In this document: one piece after another, positions 13,403-27,106 of the stretch
How the letters are laid out: each line of letters begins with the position of its first letter
Numbering within the stretch: the first letter of the stretch is position 1
Assembly (NCBI GenBank): GCA_965285935.1
Contig: OZ260666.1
Span: 21,762,001 to 21,826,000 of the forward strand
Direction of reading: 5' to 3'
Source of the DNA: Ophelia neglecta
Taxonomy: Eukaryota
DNA length: 64,000 nucleotides
Position numbers and translations under genes: made by a program
Notes under the pieces: generated by a model
The model's database searches: none
Told to the model about the DNA's origin: nothing
Seen by the model: only the letters and a program-made list of their open reading frames with translations

Positions 13403-15599
13403 CTACGGATTCGTGTTTTCTTCTGAGTTCAGCGGGACGCAGACCATGTCGGCGACGTCAGCTCTCTGAAACCATTCGGTCCACGCCCCGTCATAGAGTG
13501 GAATGTCACGGTGACCAAGGAGGTACGCGCCAACCAGCAGGAAGCACGCGGTCAGACCTGGGTGTAAGAGAATGTATGGATACATGTATAAGAGAAACAT
13601 TTTAGGAATATAACTACTTTGTAGTAGTACTCATGATGTGAGACTCATTGTTTGAAATTTTCTTTAAAATTATTATTGAACATGATATGTATATTAATGT
13701 TTCTTATTCTTATAATATGTCAACAGCAAAGAATGTGGTACATAAATACATCATTTTGAATGTTTTTTGCTGCATTTCATTCGTCGGTCACATTGAATTA
13801 TGCAAATTAAGCTATTGTTCAAATTTTGGGAAGTTTTTTCCTTTAAAATCCTTGACTGTTTTAAGGCCTACCCCCTTAATAGGGGGCGAGTACCACTGAT
13901 TGTAGATATAATTAACAGCGGGGACCCTACTTGGTCCTTCTTTGCTAAAAAAAAGTCCCATGTGCATTAAAAACATCTATTGTCACGATTTACATGAAAT
14001 TCTGGACCAGAAATGCAAGTCAAACATTTAGGTCATGTTTGCGAAACAAGTGCCCTGGATCTTGGACTGGTTGTTACGATAATGTCATGGTTTATTAAAT
14101 CTTGAAAACCGGCAAGTGGCATGGTTTATGAAAATCTGAATGATTGATAAGCAATATAGATATGACATTTCTTGCTAAACCATGGCAAAGAGTCAACTAA
14201 TTCCGTGCTTCTAGGACAGATCCTGACATTTTGCGGCAGAGTTACGAGTGACTGTAGCCTCACCTGTACCACAGCTGAAAACTAGGTCTTGTTTCAAGTC
14301 AATGGCTGCTGTTTGAAAGATGTCTTGAATCTCCTTTGGCGATCTGAAGGTCTTGGTCTGAGTGTTCATGAACTGGGTAAAGGGCAGGCTGACGGCGTCG
14401 GGAATGTGTCCTGGTTTAATATCTTAGGACAGGAAACAAATAAGAAACAGGTGAATATTATCCTTCCGCCATACAACTATACAGGTGTGTGGAGATGCTT
14501 GGAGGTGTACACGTGATAAGAGAACAAAGATGACAGTGTATCTTCTTCCCTTCGTAGCAGAGGACACAGCTTCGTTCTCTTCGCCTGTAGCATGCGGAGA
14601 AACTATGCGATAAGCATTAGCCTCTGCTGCGAAGGGTATGTATCTACCAGTGCTCAATAAACATGTTTCAAATCATTAGGATCAATATATCGTAATTATA
14701 TTGAATAGCCTTATTTACGTTCACATGTCTATTCAATTCCAAATTTCTGGTTTTATTTGTAATCAAACTATTAAGGAATTATAATGAAGTTGTTATCATA
14801 ATCAAATTGCCCATATTTCAAAATGTTTTGTATCTTCGATAAAGAAGGTAAACTATTTCAAATAAAACTATTGATATTTAAAGTCTGACAAACGTGTTAA
14901 CTTAATACATTACATGTTACCTGGTAGTGGTTCCGGTCCCGTGCCGTTAAATCTAGGAGCCGGCCTTCCATCAACGTACACAAAGGTATTGTCTGTCAAA
15001 TTAGACACCACGTCGTAGAAATATCTGACCAGACTCTTCCGAAATTCACCCTGATAATCCACCTTTGAGACTTCTGGAACCTCCGATGACACCTCCCCGT
15101 CTGTCTCTAGCCATTTTGGCAGTCCTCCGTCGAGGATGGACAATTTGGTGTGTCCGAAAACCCGAAAGATGTACCAAGCGCGTGGAGCGGAAAACATCCC
15201 TATCTTGTCGTGGTTGTCGTAAAGGATCACGTGAGTGTCACGTGAGATGCCCAATGCCCCGACGTATTTACAGAATTGCTCGACAGGTGGCAGGATTTGA
15301 TCTCCATATTTGGCTGTTTTGTCTTTGACCTCATTAAGGTCAAAGAAAACCGCCCCGGGAATGTGCTTGTCTTTGTATTCCTCCGCTGCGTCTCTTTTGG
15401 TCATAGGCATGTGCCAGGAAGCGTCCACGACCCGGATGTCCTCTCCTGGTGACCCCACGTGTTGTTTCAGCCAATCAGGGTCTACTAAAGTCGGCACGCC
15501 AGGATCGCCTTCCCGTGGGATGGCGTCTTCCGGTTCCAGGGGTTGGCGTTTCCCTCCTTGGACATCGGCCTGTCTCTGTCGCCTGTACTCACTATACAT
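13403..15599 (-). CDS. Two-domain rhodanese: 3-mercaptopyruvate/thiosulfate sulfurtransferase (MPST/TST-like), ~330 aa
   Basis: Exons 15599-14921, 14422-14264, 13557-13403 (GT-AG, total 993 nt, in frame). Motifs: VDASW.MP, HIPGAVFFDL, SAPRAW, LDGGLPKW, DGRP..RF.GT.PEP, GHIP.A, active loop SCGTGLTAC, YDGAWTEW. A likely acceptor just upstream of the ATG implies further 5' exon(s). Confidence 0.93.
14548..14637. mobile_element. ~90-bp palindromic mini-element (second copy at 57721-57807)
   Basis: TIR CCCTTCGTAGCAGAG / CTCTGCT(G/A)CGAAGGG; the same core is present at both loci. Confidence 0.65.
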
Positions 15600-17900
15600 A
15601 TTGTCGTCTGCTCCTATGTCCCTTAAAAAAGGCAGATGGTTTTCAGTTTGATGTAAACATAATGAAGGCTGTATACAGTATTCATATAAAATAATGGTAT
15701 TCTAAACGACTTTTATAGGATGTTATATTTCACTATTTTGATTACGACTCTCCACAGAAGTTGACAGATGGTTGGATTTGCTTTGTACATGTAATTTAAA
15801 AAAAAGGTGGCAATATTAGAATCAAATATTTACGTTTTTAAGTCCACGGTCACGAGTTTATCCGCACTGGCAGTCCGCTATAACAATATATTATATTTGC
15901 TCAAGTGTTTTCGGTGGCCTAGGACCAACTGTTATTCACACAAGTAATCCATTCCTATCTACATGTATATAAGGTATCAATCTCAAAGTCCGTCTATCGT
16001 ACAGTGTATAGATCCGGCACAAGGCCAATAGCAATAATAATATCTAGGTCGACTTAGTGAATGTGTGTGTGAGTGTGTGTGTGAGGGGGGGGGGTGCATG
16101 TCTGTGGTAGGTAGTTACAGTTCACGAGAATGAAAAGTGATTTTTTTAGTCAGCAGATGCATTAATGATCATGTCAAGGTTCACGGGAAACAAGTATTTT
16201 ATATCTCAAAATTTACATGACATCAGGTTGTATCTTTCAACGCGTCACGATTTTTTTCCCTTCTGCACAAATCACGTCTTATCATTATTTCACGCTTCAC
16301 AGTGAATAAAATCTCAAAATTTACCGGTTCCCACTTGAGGATAAATTTGGGTCAATAACAGGTCGCGAAAAAACACCCCCATGAAAATAACAGGGGGGGG
16401 GGGGGGGGGAGATAGTAGGTTATTATGGTAAGAGTGTGCGACAAGGTGACCGGACAGCAATGTGGGTCTAGGTCCAAGACCCGAGCCCCTGGAGAATTGC
16501 TAGTGCCAAAAAAGGGACAATGACTGCATTTCATAGTACCGAAGTCCTCCTTGGCAGATATGTACTTTGAACAAAAGGGAAAACAATTATCCAAAGAGAA
16601 ACTTTGTCTGTGCATAAAACCCAGTAATTATAGCACACATAATGATAATTAGCACAAAAATATGGCTAATTGTATCTTTTGAGCGGATTCATCTAAATAA
16701 ATGTCCAATCTGGCTAGTTCCAGGATCAGGAATTTATTCAGAGGGCAACAGGAAAATATTATCTAAATAGAAATTTTGTCTCCTACATAAAACTGAGTAA
16801 TTAGCTGAAATGATGCTAATTGGCATCAAAAGATGACCAATCTAAGGGTCATAATTAATACAGAGGGTAATTTTGATGATTGGCGGCCATATTGGCGCTA
16901 AATCTCAAGATGTATATTTATGTATATTAGCACCATGTAGCTGCCTCTATTCTAAAAACACAATACCCAATGTAGGTAACTGAAAATTGTCTGATGCTTT
17001 GAGAAGTGATAAATCTAGGTATACGGCAACTAAACAGTCTAACATCATAAGTACAGGAATGGCAAGCATAATTGTGTTTACATCTTCATCTAGGCCTATG
17101 TCCATACTTGAAAGCCTGTACATGACAGACCCACAGGAAGCGAGACACTCCATGTGTACGTGACAGTACGTAGTTTGTACATAACGGCACACTGCCTTTT
17201 TCATATCTGCCCGAGATATGCCATATCCAGGTATGGCTAGCCGTTAATAATTTTCACACGCCTTAATAATTATGGGGAAGCAATAACTTTACTATAGGAC
17301 GGGGGCGCATTTTATGTCGTCTTTGGTATCTGAGAGTCATTAAGAGTCACCTTCCTTTCCAACAGCCTTGGTTTTTAACATAGATACCTGGCCATTTTAT
17401 TATCTACTTCTGTCGAATTAACAGTCTCTGTTCTTCTTTCACGAGAAATATTTATTCTCTATGTGGCCCGTAAATTTGCAATGTCATATTTCGTTTTGCA
17501 CGTTATGTTTTCCAACTTAATTTCGCCAATGAAAGTTTGCTGATTCTCCGGCGGACAACTAACGTGAAAAGAATATCTGAACGTTTTGCCTGAACGATAA
17601 TCTTCAAAGCCTACTGCCGAGCACCACACCACGAGGCAGTAGTGATGCCATACGGTGCGTCATGAAAGTAAGCGCTTACAATTATATCAACGTGAAATTG
17701 GCAAAAAATGATCAGTCCTAGCAGATGCATATACAGATATCTATGACTTCAAATCCATATTTGCCTTTGGGCAGATACGGATTTGAAGTCACAGAGATTG
17801 TTGACAAGGCACGCAGTGTGTTCCACGAATATTACTCAGCTGCCCTTAAATCACCTACACATATCTTGGCGGGGGATGTGATTAGCTGTGTATACATATA

Positions 17901-18239
17901 CAGTGAAACCTGCCTTAAAGACCACCTCTATAATCAGACCACCTGTCAATTCAGACCACTAATTTGAGGCCTGTCATATATAATTTCAACGTTGAATAAC
18001 CTGTCTAAACAGACTATTCCTGAATCAGACCAGTATTTACCAGTCCCTTGGGTGGTCTTAATTCACAGGTTTCACTGTACAGTGAAACCTGCCTTAAAGA
18101 CCACTTCTATTTTCAGACCACCTGCCAATTTAAACCACTAATATGAAGACCATAGTGCACACTTTTAATGTAAAATAACCTGTATAATCAGACCAGTATT
18201 TCCAGTCCCTTGGGTGGACTTAATTCATAGGTTTCACTG
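17901..18239. mobile_element. Two head-to-tail Tigger/pogo-like (Tc1/mariner) MITEs
   Basis: TIR CAGTGAAACCTG...CAGGTTTCACTG flanked by TA; copies 17901-18077 and 18080-18239 share one TA. Confidence 0.85.
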
Positions 18240-18249
18240 TATGCATATA

Positions 18250-19560
18250 TCCCAGAGGTCGATTGTCCTCTGAGTATACTGAATGTGGTGGGTCTTTGAC
18301 ATACAGAGGGGCAGTCCTGACCTGACTTGTCTCCTGCTGAACTGTTCCCTTGGAGGCCTGATGGTAAATTGGCCAGCAGAGATTCCCTGCCATAGTGCAT
18401 CATCAAACATATCAGCTGTCTCTCTGGCGGCAAGAGATTCAGAAGAGGTTCCTGCTTATGATCGTACGAGGAAAGAAGCCAAACTTATATCTGCTTGTTC
18501 CTTCTCTGATGTTATCTTATTATCTTGAATGGTGGGTTTGTTCGGTATCAGGTAGGGTTGTGCCTGTATGGTCTTCTTGTCGCTTATCTGTCTCCAGAAG
18601 TTGGTGAGGCTGACCACAAAGCGATGATTGTGGTCCATTCTAACTTTGCCTTCATCCAGAAGACACTTTCCTCCCACAGTATCTTCCTTTTACGAATCTG
18701 GCCGCTCTTCGCTGTCCCTTTTTCTATGTTGTTAATCTCTTTCTGTATATAAGGATCTCACACTGAACATAGGCATATGCCACATTTGGTCTAACAAGAG
18801 ACATGTAAGGAACCCTCTTTTTTTTTTCGTTTGTGCGGCTTCACCAATAAATCTGTCCATCTGAGCAGCCCATGTGAGGTTGTGGGTCATTTCGAGGCCC
18901 AGATTGGTTTGCTGTTCCTCTTCAGCGGGTTGTGTTCCCATCATAAAGAAAATGTGGATAAATAGTTCTCTTTTATAAGCTACTCTGGAGAACTCTTCAT
19001 TCTGAAGGATTGAATCTTATCTGCCACGTTTCTGTCCACTAAACAAGTTGGTCGAGATGTGTCTGCAGAGACTGGCCGAGGCCATCGGTTTGTTATCCAG
19101 GCAGTCGTCCGCAAACAGGCTCTGGTAGGAATTGATGTTTTCACCTATGTCGTCTGATTATTTGAGGAATATCAGGGCGCCAAGACAGTTTCCTGGGGTT
19201 ACCTGAATCGGCAGAACCTTGCGGAGTTTTCACCATCTACTAACCTTTCTCGGGGCCTTTTGGTGAGCCAGTTCTCTACTTGGTTGAGCCCCGGATTCCA
19301 TTATATTGGAGCTTGTGCACATGGCACCTAAGGGACACAGCGTCTAATGCCCTGACAATGTCTGACAACAACACATCTGTTGTTTCCCGTCGGTCAAGGC
19401 TCCTCTCCGGTTCCGTCAGTGTGCTCAGGTGTGTCTCACAACCGCTATTGACCGAATCAGCTAACAGTCAAATCACTCTTCTACACAGTATCAAGACCAT
19501 CAAAGACTTATCAATGTGTTCTTTTAGAAGATGTGCCGGCAGGAGGTTTGTCTTGCAAGA
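18250..19560 (-). pseudogene. Decayed non-LTR (LINE, CR1/L2-group-like) reverse transcriptase fragment
   Basis: Minus-strand remnants with stops and frameshifts: DIVRALDAVSLRCHVHKLQYNGIRGS (~DFSKAFD..H..L..KL..YGIRG), PQETVLGALIFLK*, LFADDC, NLGLEMTHNLTWAAQMD...GFL. Boundaries approximate. Confidence 0.8.
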
Positions 19561-21795
19561 GCATAGAATCAGTCAATATTTATTTAGTTTTAAATCATAA
19601 GTCATCAGGACTTCTTTTATCTTACAAAGAGCAGGATACTAATTAATTAAGGGCAGGCAAGCAGGGTTTGCCCCTTAATATCGCTCGCCGAAAGTACAAT
19701 TTGTACTATGAAATGTAGTAATCACCCTTTTTAGCAAGTTTACTGTAAGGCTTCTACGGGGCTCCTTTCACGGCACACGCTCGAAACAACACCTGGAACA
19801 AAAATCTCAAAAGGAGGCGGATCTGTGAACCCCCCATCCCCCACTCCTCCCTCCGTTCTGCGAGGTGTGCATCTGTGTGACCCCCTTGGGTGAGAGGGTG
19901 ACCCCCGTTTACACTCTATAGGTCTGGGGTGACTCCCCCCCCCCCCCCTCCTCGGGTGACCCCCGTGTACACACTATAGATCTACCTGTACTGTTCTAAC
20001 CACAAACAAGTCAATGAAACATAGTCTCCGGTAAAACACACATGGCTAAAAAATATATAATTATGTTTACTGGCAAATGGCCATGGTCGTGCCAGGCAAT
20101 ATGCAATAACAGCTACAAATAAGGTAGAGTGTATAGTGTAGCTCCAATATGGATCGCAATATAAATGGTAATATGTGGGTATGTGCCCTTGGAGGAACGT
20201 AGTTTGGTGTACCTCTAATCACGATTAACTCTTAGTTAAAGGCTTTGTAGACCTAGATTTAGGTTGCTATGTGGTTTTAGTGACATAATGTTGTGGATCA
20301 CGACAGGAACCCAATAGTTGAGATCGATTGCATATAAAATATCACTGGGGACCTAGAAGGGGGAGGGGGTTACCTTGCCAGAATGTCTCCTTGGATGTCA
20401 GGACCCACTCAAGTGCCAGGTTATACATGTACTCCAAGGTAATGATAGCCAAGTGGCTCTAGATATTGTTCGTCAGGGGGACCCGCTCGGCGGCTGACAC
20501 CAGCCTTGCACATAGTTATATTACATTCTTAATGTTAGCTTAAGGTCTACCAACTAAGACTATAGCCCGGCCTGGCTTCGCTTAATATCATTTTACAAAA
20601 TTGATGAGATTGGCTGATATGTGTAAAGTTTACGCTCCGTAGCGTAGTCTGATCGGTGCCGATAGGAAAGCATAGCATGCCAACCAGGAAGTCAACCATG
20701 TGCGAAAAATTAAAAACCCTTAAAATCCCGAATAACATCTGCGAAATGGGCAATGAAGTGTTCCCAATCAGTGCTTAGCGTTTGTTAAATACGATCAGCG
20801 ATACTGTGAAATTAATGTTTCAAACTTAGACAGTGAAAAAATTGACTAATATTTACTTTGAAGTCGTCCCCTTCGAAATTGCAGCGGCCATATTGAGAAA
20901 TGAATTAACGTATTTTAACACGAGAATTGCTGCATGAGTATGATATTCATTACCGTAATTTTGCGTGTTTGAGAAAAAAGTGCTTAAACAATCTTCTAGT
21001 ATAACAATCTTATATAAACTGACGTGTGTTTATTCAAGCAGTTGTGGTTTAGTTTTCAGACAATTTCTAATTACATTTTTGAGGCTTGATGGACTGAAGA
21101 AATTTTCACTACCATAGTTTATAATACATGTGCATACTATGATTTGTGTGATTTGCATGTCTTTGGAGATGAATTCCATTTTGTATTTGAATGTACCAAC
21201 AACACAATTGTAGAATTAATGCAAAAGCTGATCCCTAGGTATTATAGGACTAATTTTTATATGTTGAAACTTGAGCAGCTATTTTAAGACGAACGACACA
21301 GTAAAAAACTGGCAATATTTATTAAGCGATGTAAGGTAGTAAACTTTTCAAGTGGAACATAATGATAATGTAAATTGATGTGCAGTATCAAATGTAAAAA
21401 TTAATATTGAATTGTATGTATATTAAATTATATGGTTGTACTCCATGCTCCAGGTGGAGCTTTGAGGCTAATAAACTGTAAACTGTAAACTATTATATTC
21501 ATCATAGTAACCTACCCCAGCAAATTAGTCCATGATATCATTCCTGAGATTTTACCAGTCTGAACCTTGAAACCAACAAATATTGTTCATGGCATGTCTT
21601 TACATCATTTTTCTATAGCAACTTTGTGTCATGCTATCTACTCGACGTGACTGACTGCTGTTCAGTGTGAAGCGTGTATTAAAATCTGAGTTAAACTCGG
21701 ATTGTGAATGCTATTCAGCATCACTGTGCATCTTCCTTGTCCAAATCAAAGCAAATAATATGTATCGACTGTCTCACCGTATAGGGGATCGCAAT

Positions 21796-22080
21796 TTGTA
21801 CTGTTAAGTGGACTTTTCCTGACTGTTGATTTGGTACTGTTAAATGGACTCTTCCTGACTTTTGATTTGGTACTGTTAAATGGACTCTTCCTGACTTTTG
21901 ATTTGGTACTGTTAAATGGACTCTTCCTGACTGTGGATTTGGTACTGTTAAATGGACTCTTCCTGACTGTTGATTTGGTACTGTTAAATGGACTCTTCCT
22001 GACTTTTGATTTGGTACTGTTAAATGGACTCTTCCTGACTGTGGATTTGGTACTGTTAAATGGACTCTTCCTGACTGTTG
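21796..22080. repeat. 39-bp minisatellite (~7.3 units)
   Basis: Unit GATTTGGTACTGTTAAATGGACTCTTCCTGACT(G/T)(T/G)N. Confidence 0.92.
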
Positions 22081-25000
22081 CTTTGGCCTTGTGTGTCGAG
22101 AATCGTCTCCCGTTTTGTAGAAGCATTATACTTAACAGATAGGGAAAATTGCAGCAATGGTCAAAGTACCAAATGAATGGTAAACGATGTAATATTCAGA
22201 AGGAACGCTTCGTTTTCTAATGTAAAAATTGTCAACTAAACAAGCATAGGAAATTTTGGGGCCATTTATCTAATAAGGAAAAACATCGGTCACTCAGACT
22301 TGAAACACATGACATGCATACAATTTTTAAACACAGATACACATTCCTAATCATTTCAAAATAGTTTACGACATACTAGCATGGTTTATTATTCAGTTAA
22401 ATATGTCGCTCTTTATATGCAGAAAAGCAACAATCTAGAAAAATCTTGTAATTTCGTAAACTACATATATGCAAAGCTACAAATCATAACACTTGAAGAC
22501 TTATGCTAACTAGCAAATGATTTGAAGGCATCGGCAATTAGCTAGATCTACACGGTGGAACTTTTCTGTTCTGTTTGCAACGTAAGTTGGATTTATCCAC
22601 TTTATTGTCATGTAAATATTGATGTAGGAATGAATATTACGAAACCGCCTAAGGGAACGGTAAGGAATGGGCGGGCTGATGTACATGTGGAAGGGAGTGG
22701 GCGAAATAACAAAACCATCAGATGGGGGGATTGAGGAGCTTCCGAGGGGGGATTGACCTCTTGTTTTCAAATATCCATGAAAGGGGAGAGGAGGGATGGG
22801 GTGGAGTGGGGACATTATGTATACCCTCCGGAGGGTATACATTTAAAAGGTTTCAGTGACTATCAGCGAACCGCATGATACATCAATTATTTGACCAATG
22901 GCATGCCTATAGACCTAAATCTCAAAGATTAACAAGCAGAAATATATACTTTTAACAGTTGTACAGGCCATAAATCTAGGCCTATATAGGCCTACACTAT
23001 CTCCAAGTGCATGAACAACAACGCAGTTTCGATTCCTCCTTGACAACAAGGGTGTCTGGTGACACTTGAGAACGATGTACAAACCAATCGACCGTGGGGG
23101 ATATCGCAAACACGATTCTACCAACAAAGATAAATAACAGAACCGGACAATAGACTGCTACCAGGCTAACATCAGAATAACATGGCGGCCCAGAAACAAC
23201 AGTTAGTTTACCTACGGGCTTTCGCCTGGGCGTTCAATGTGTGCGTTTGAAAAAAGGCCACCAGCTCGTGATAAGGGCTCGGGGTTGAGGGTCAGTTGTA
23301 TCGAATTATATCATCAAATTTAGCCTATCACCGCACCTCTACTGGTATGAAGGATGTACAAAAGTGCCATGTGTACGTATGAAAATCAACATGCAAGTCC
23401 GATTCACTGGTCTCCACTTTGCACCAAGTTCAGCAGTATTAATTGAAAATGAACCTGTGACCAAGGAAACAGAAGCACTTGGTAAAGCTTATAACTGGTC
23501 AATGCGACCAGGGTACAAGGCATCTGTCTTTCAACACTCTCCTACCCTAATTCCTAGACATAAGACAATTGATTGGTTTGTTTAATATCATACTCTCAAC
23601 CATTGTCTCACCTGATCACTTGATTAGTCTGTTAAATATCATATTTGGATGGGCCATATTTAAACAGAGCTACCGCAAGTTAAAAGAAAAACAGACACAT
23701 TTAACCACAATTTTTCCTGTTTGAAAAGGCAAATTTGACTTCTCTATGCATGGCGAGGAAAATATTCCAAGGAAAATATTTCAAAAGCAAAGAAGTCAAA
23801 TTGCCACCAATTCAGATATCCCCAGGGAACAAATACCAATTTACTAGTCTAAGATCCAAATTTTCACTAGATAAAAGTCACATTTTCTCTAGATAAAAAC
23901 ACAAATCTTCCCAAGATAAAAAAAAAATAGAACTGTACTTTTTCCCTTTCATAAAGCAAAATAATTTCTTTGTGAACGAATCACATGCGGAAGAAACAGT
24001 TTCAAATTTATTCGTAGGTATTTCGTATTGAAAGACTATCTACATATTTTATGATGCATATATACATTTACCTACAAAAATGGAAATAATAATGACATGA
24101 CATTTAGGGTCTCTTGTGCTCATCATTTTTCTGATATTAAAATAAATTCATTTGACTGTAGAAAAAAAAGAATCAGGCTTTTTTGGCAGGAAATATCATT
24201 CATTGTATAACTTACAAATGAGAGGCCATATGCAAACATATGTATAGATGGATTTAGAATCCCCATTCATGGACATTCTACATGAATCTAGGAATAATTT
24301 ACATGCAAGTTGATTAGTTCTTATAAACTCCTATCTTCTTCTAAGTTTTGCTTACATTAATTCTTTTTGCTGCCTTAACAAGAATGGTGATAGTTTACAT
24401 AATAATAAAAGGGAATATCTCGTTAAGACTTACCTGTTAAAAGCAGTATCACAGAGCTGCCATAATATGTCGTCTGCTGTCTTTGTCAGACGAACATCTA
24501 CGAGATGACAATCAATACACGTATCTATAGGTACAAAGAGGCTCAGAGGCTAGAGATGGACCTATGAGTTGTCTCCTGGTTAACTCCAGCTGCAGCGAGT
24601 CTCGGCGACACACCCAGCCGCACCTGTGTGTGGGGCGGATACAGAACTGCGCGGGGTCGAGGGAGGGCACTTGAAACGGATACCGAGCGAAGTTTGTCCC
24701 ATTACCAAGGGGATCGGCTATACGAGACCACGTTAAAAAGCCGAAGAGGGATCTGACCCTCAAAGACCACCCCTGTTTTTCATCACCATGCCCGCTGCTC
24801 TCTATGCTCCCGACGTCCTCGGTGAGCGATGTTCAAGGGACTTAGAACGTGAGCGGCTTGCTACTTGAACCAGCGTCGACCGCACTCAGTCACAACGACA
24901 GGCAGAGCACCGAGTCGGCACTGATTCCCTTATAGCTGGAGCATGTTTGTCTGCTAGCACAGGCCAATAATGCCTTATTATGGTGATTAAATCGATACTC

Positions 25001-25587
25001 GAGCATGGGAACTAATAGGCGCATATACGGGGACCTTTATTTCATTACTGGACTGCTAATAAATTGTTTATAGGATGAGGATGCGGCAAGGTGTTTGGTC
25101 GTGATTCAGGATAAACAACGAAATGCGAGTTCTGGTATCACTCTGGGCGACCAAAACACGTTACAGGGTTGTTGGTAATTACATTGTCGGTCAATAGATT
25201 CAGACTAGGGGTGCGAATTGGTAACGTGTGTGTGTGTAGGGGTGGGGGTGGGGGAGGAGGGGCTCAGTACCACACCTTTTCTAGGTCTAGTGGTCTAATC
25301 TAAGTTAAAGATTTTCAAAGAAATAATTTCATACCTAGACCACTGGACCTAGACCTAAACCACTAGAAAACTGTACAAAAATATCCCCAAAAAATATATA
25401 TTAAAGGGCGAGGGCGAGCTCTATGCTCTCAATTAACATCTCGATTAATAATTAAATATTTGATCAACAGTCATCAAAAACCAGCAGATGGATTTGAAAA
25501 ATGCCGGCGTCGACACAGTCGGTACTCTGATATTGCTACTAATATCCCGACAAATTCTTATTACTTGATTCACCGTTTCACGGACAT

Positions 25588-25722
25588 NNNNNNNNNNNNN
25601 NNNNNNNNNNNNNNNNNNNNNNNNNNNNNNNNNNNNNNNNNNNNNNNNNNNNNNNNNNNNNNNNNNNNNNNNNNNNNNNNNNNNNNNNNNNNNNNNNNNN
25701 NNNNNNNNNNNNNNNNNNNNNN
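25588..25722. other. Assembly gap (135 N)
   Basis: Run of N. Confidence 1.
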
Positions 25723-26678
25723 GAGTGGAGTATTCTCTATTATTATTAGGAACTATTAGTTATAAGAATAAGAGTTGTTAATTAATACTTCTAAGACAAG
25801 ATCTTATAATATATGTAAGTATACATTCGCACTGTTTTATATATGTATACCTGGATGTACATAACCATACCGGATAACAATATTAAAACATTGAATAGGA
25901 AGGCGCGCGAAATAACCCTCTAAGCTTATTAAACCGGGCGGCACCTGGACTGGCTAAAGCGGACTGGACAGTTGCAACAATATATTTAAGGCTGCAATAA
26001 TTCTACGTTTAAATCAAAATGAAATATTTCTTTTAAATCCTGCAATTAGCTGTCAATTAAGGAGCAAATAGCCTTTCCTGGTCTAAGAATTCTCACACTG
26101 TTGTATGGCCGGGCCAAGCTACTTGAAGAAAAAAGTAGTAACCTGGTACAGAAGTTCTATCTAACATATCTATCAGATACTTCTAATTTTACTGCATTAC
26201 TACTACTTCGTATCCGAGAGAGGCTCTGAAGGGCTTTTCATCTCCCCGAGGATTCCGAGGCCCGTTGTGCTCGAGCACGCCGAGCGGCGAGCGGTAGGGC
26301 TCCGCTAGTATTGTGAGGTCCCGGGGGTGAGGCAGCCTATGAAAGGGATTCAGCCCACATCCTCAAAACAATATATACAGATACTGTAAGTCATTATATG
26401 CAAGTAGCGTTGTCGTGGACCACAATAGGTAAAAACCAATACATATTTTCTTTAATTTTGTTAGTTATTACAATTTAAATTCATGTGTTGTTATTTGTCT
26501 TGTATGTTTAAGGCAAGGCGTGTCACGTGACAAACTTTTAATCACTCATACTGAACATCGTTTATCAGTCTTCGTTAACCACATGTTAAACGCGATGCAT
26601 CGCGCGGGAAATAAGTTGTCAATAAGAGTTCTGGGCAGACGATCTATAATACAATGTGTCGATCGCACCATTATTATA

Positions 26679-27106
26679 CAGTGGCGTAGGAAACGGAGAG
26701 GCCGGGGGTCCATGCCCCCCCCACACTTAGAAAAGTGGGGGGCCATCATATGTTTTGGCCCCCCACTTTTTAATGATGACCCTCTCACTTTTTGCCCTCT
26801 CTAAATGATGTAATGCAGCAGTGGTCAGGAGCGTCTGTCCTCAGTTGGCTAGACCATAATCATACAGTTACCTGTAGGCAGGTTGTTTACAAACCCATTA
26901 CACACCCAGTAATTGAAATTATTCAATGTTTTTTGGCATGTAAAATTCACTGTACAGTGGCGTAGGGAGCGGGAGGGGGGCATGCCTCCCACCCCCTCCA
27001 CTTAAAAAGTGGGGGGATCATGTTTTGCCCCCCCCCATTTTTTTTATGCCGCTGATGTAACGATGTCCCCCCCCCACCCACTTTGATTTTCCTTCCTACG
27101 CCTCTG
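26679..27106. mobile_element. hAT5-like MITE (CAG(T/A)GGCGTAGG ends, 5-bp TSD), with a second internal left end at ~26954
   Basis: Ends CAGTGGCGTAGGAA...TTCCTACGCCTCTG; TSD TTATA on both sides. Confidence 0.7.

Noticed and set aside
15065-15694. Plus-strand ORFs overlapping the sulfurtransferase exon
   Set aside because: Antisense shadows of a GC-rich coding exon.
21746-22142. Repetitive ORFs on both strands / CRISPR-like periodicity
   Set aside because: A 39-bp tandem repeat without unique spacers; the ORFs are a by-product of a unit length divisible by 3.
24906-24922. GCACCGAGTCGG resembles the SpCas9 tracrRNA 3' hairpin
   Set aside because: Only a 12-nt match, with no other scaffold sequence or cas gene, in a eukaryotic context. 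Chance.
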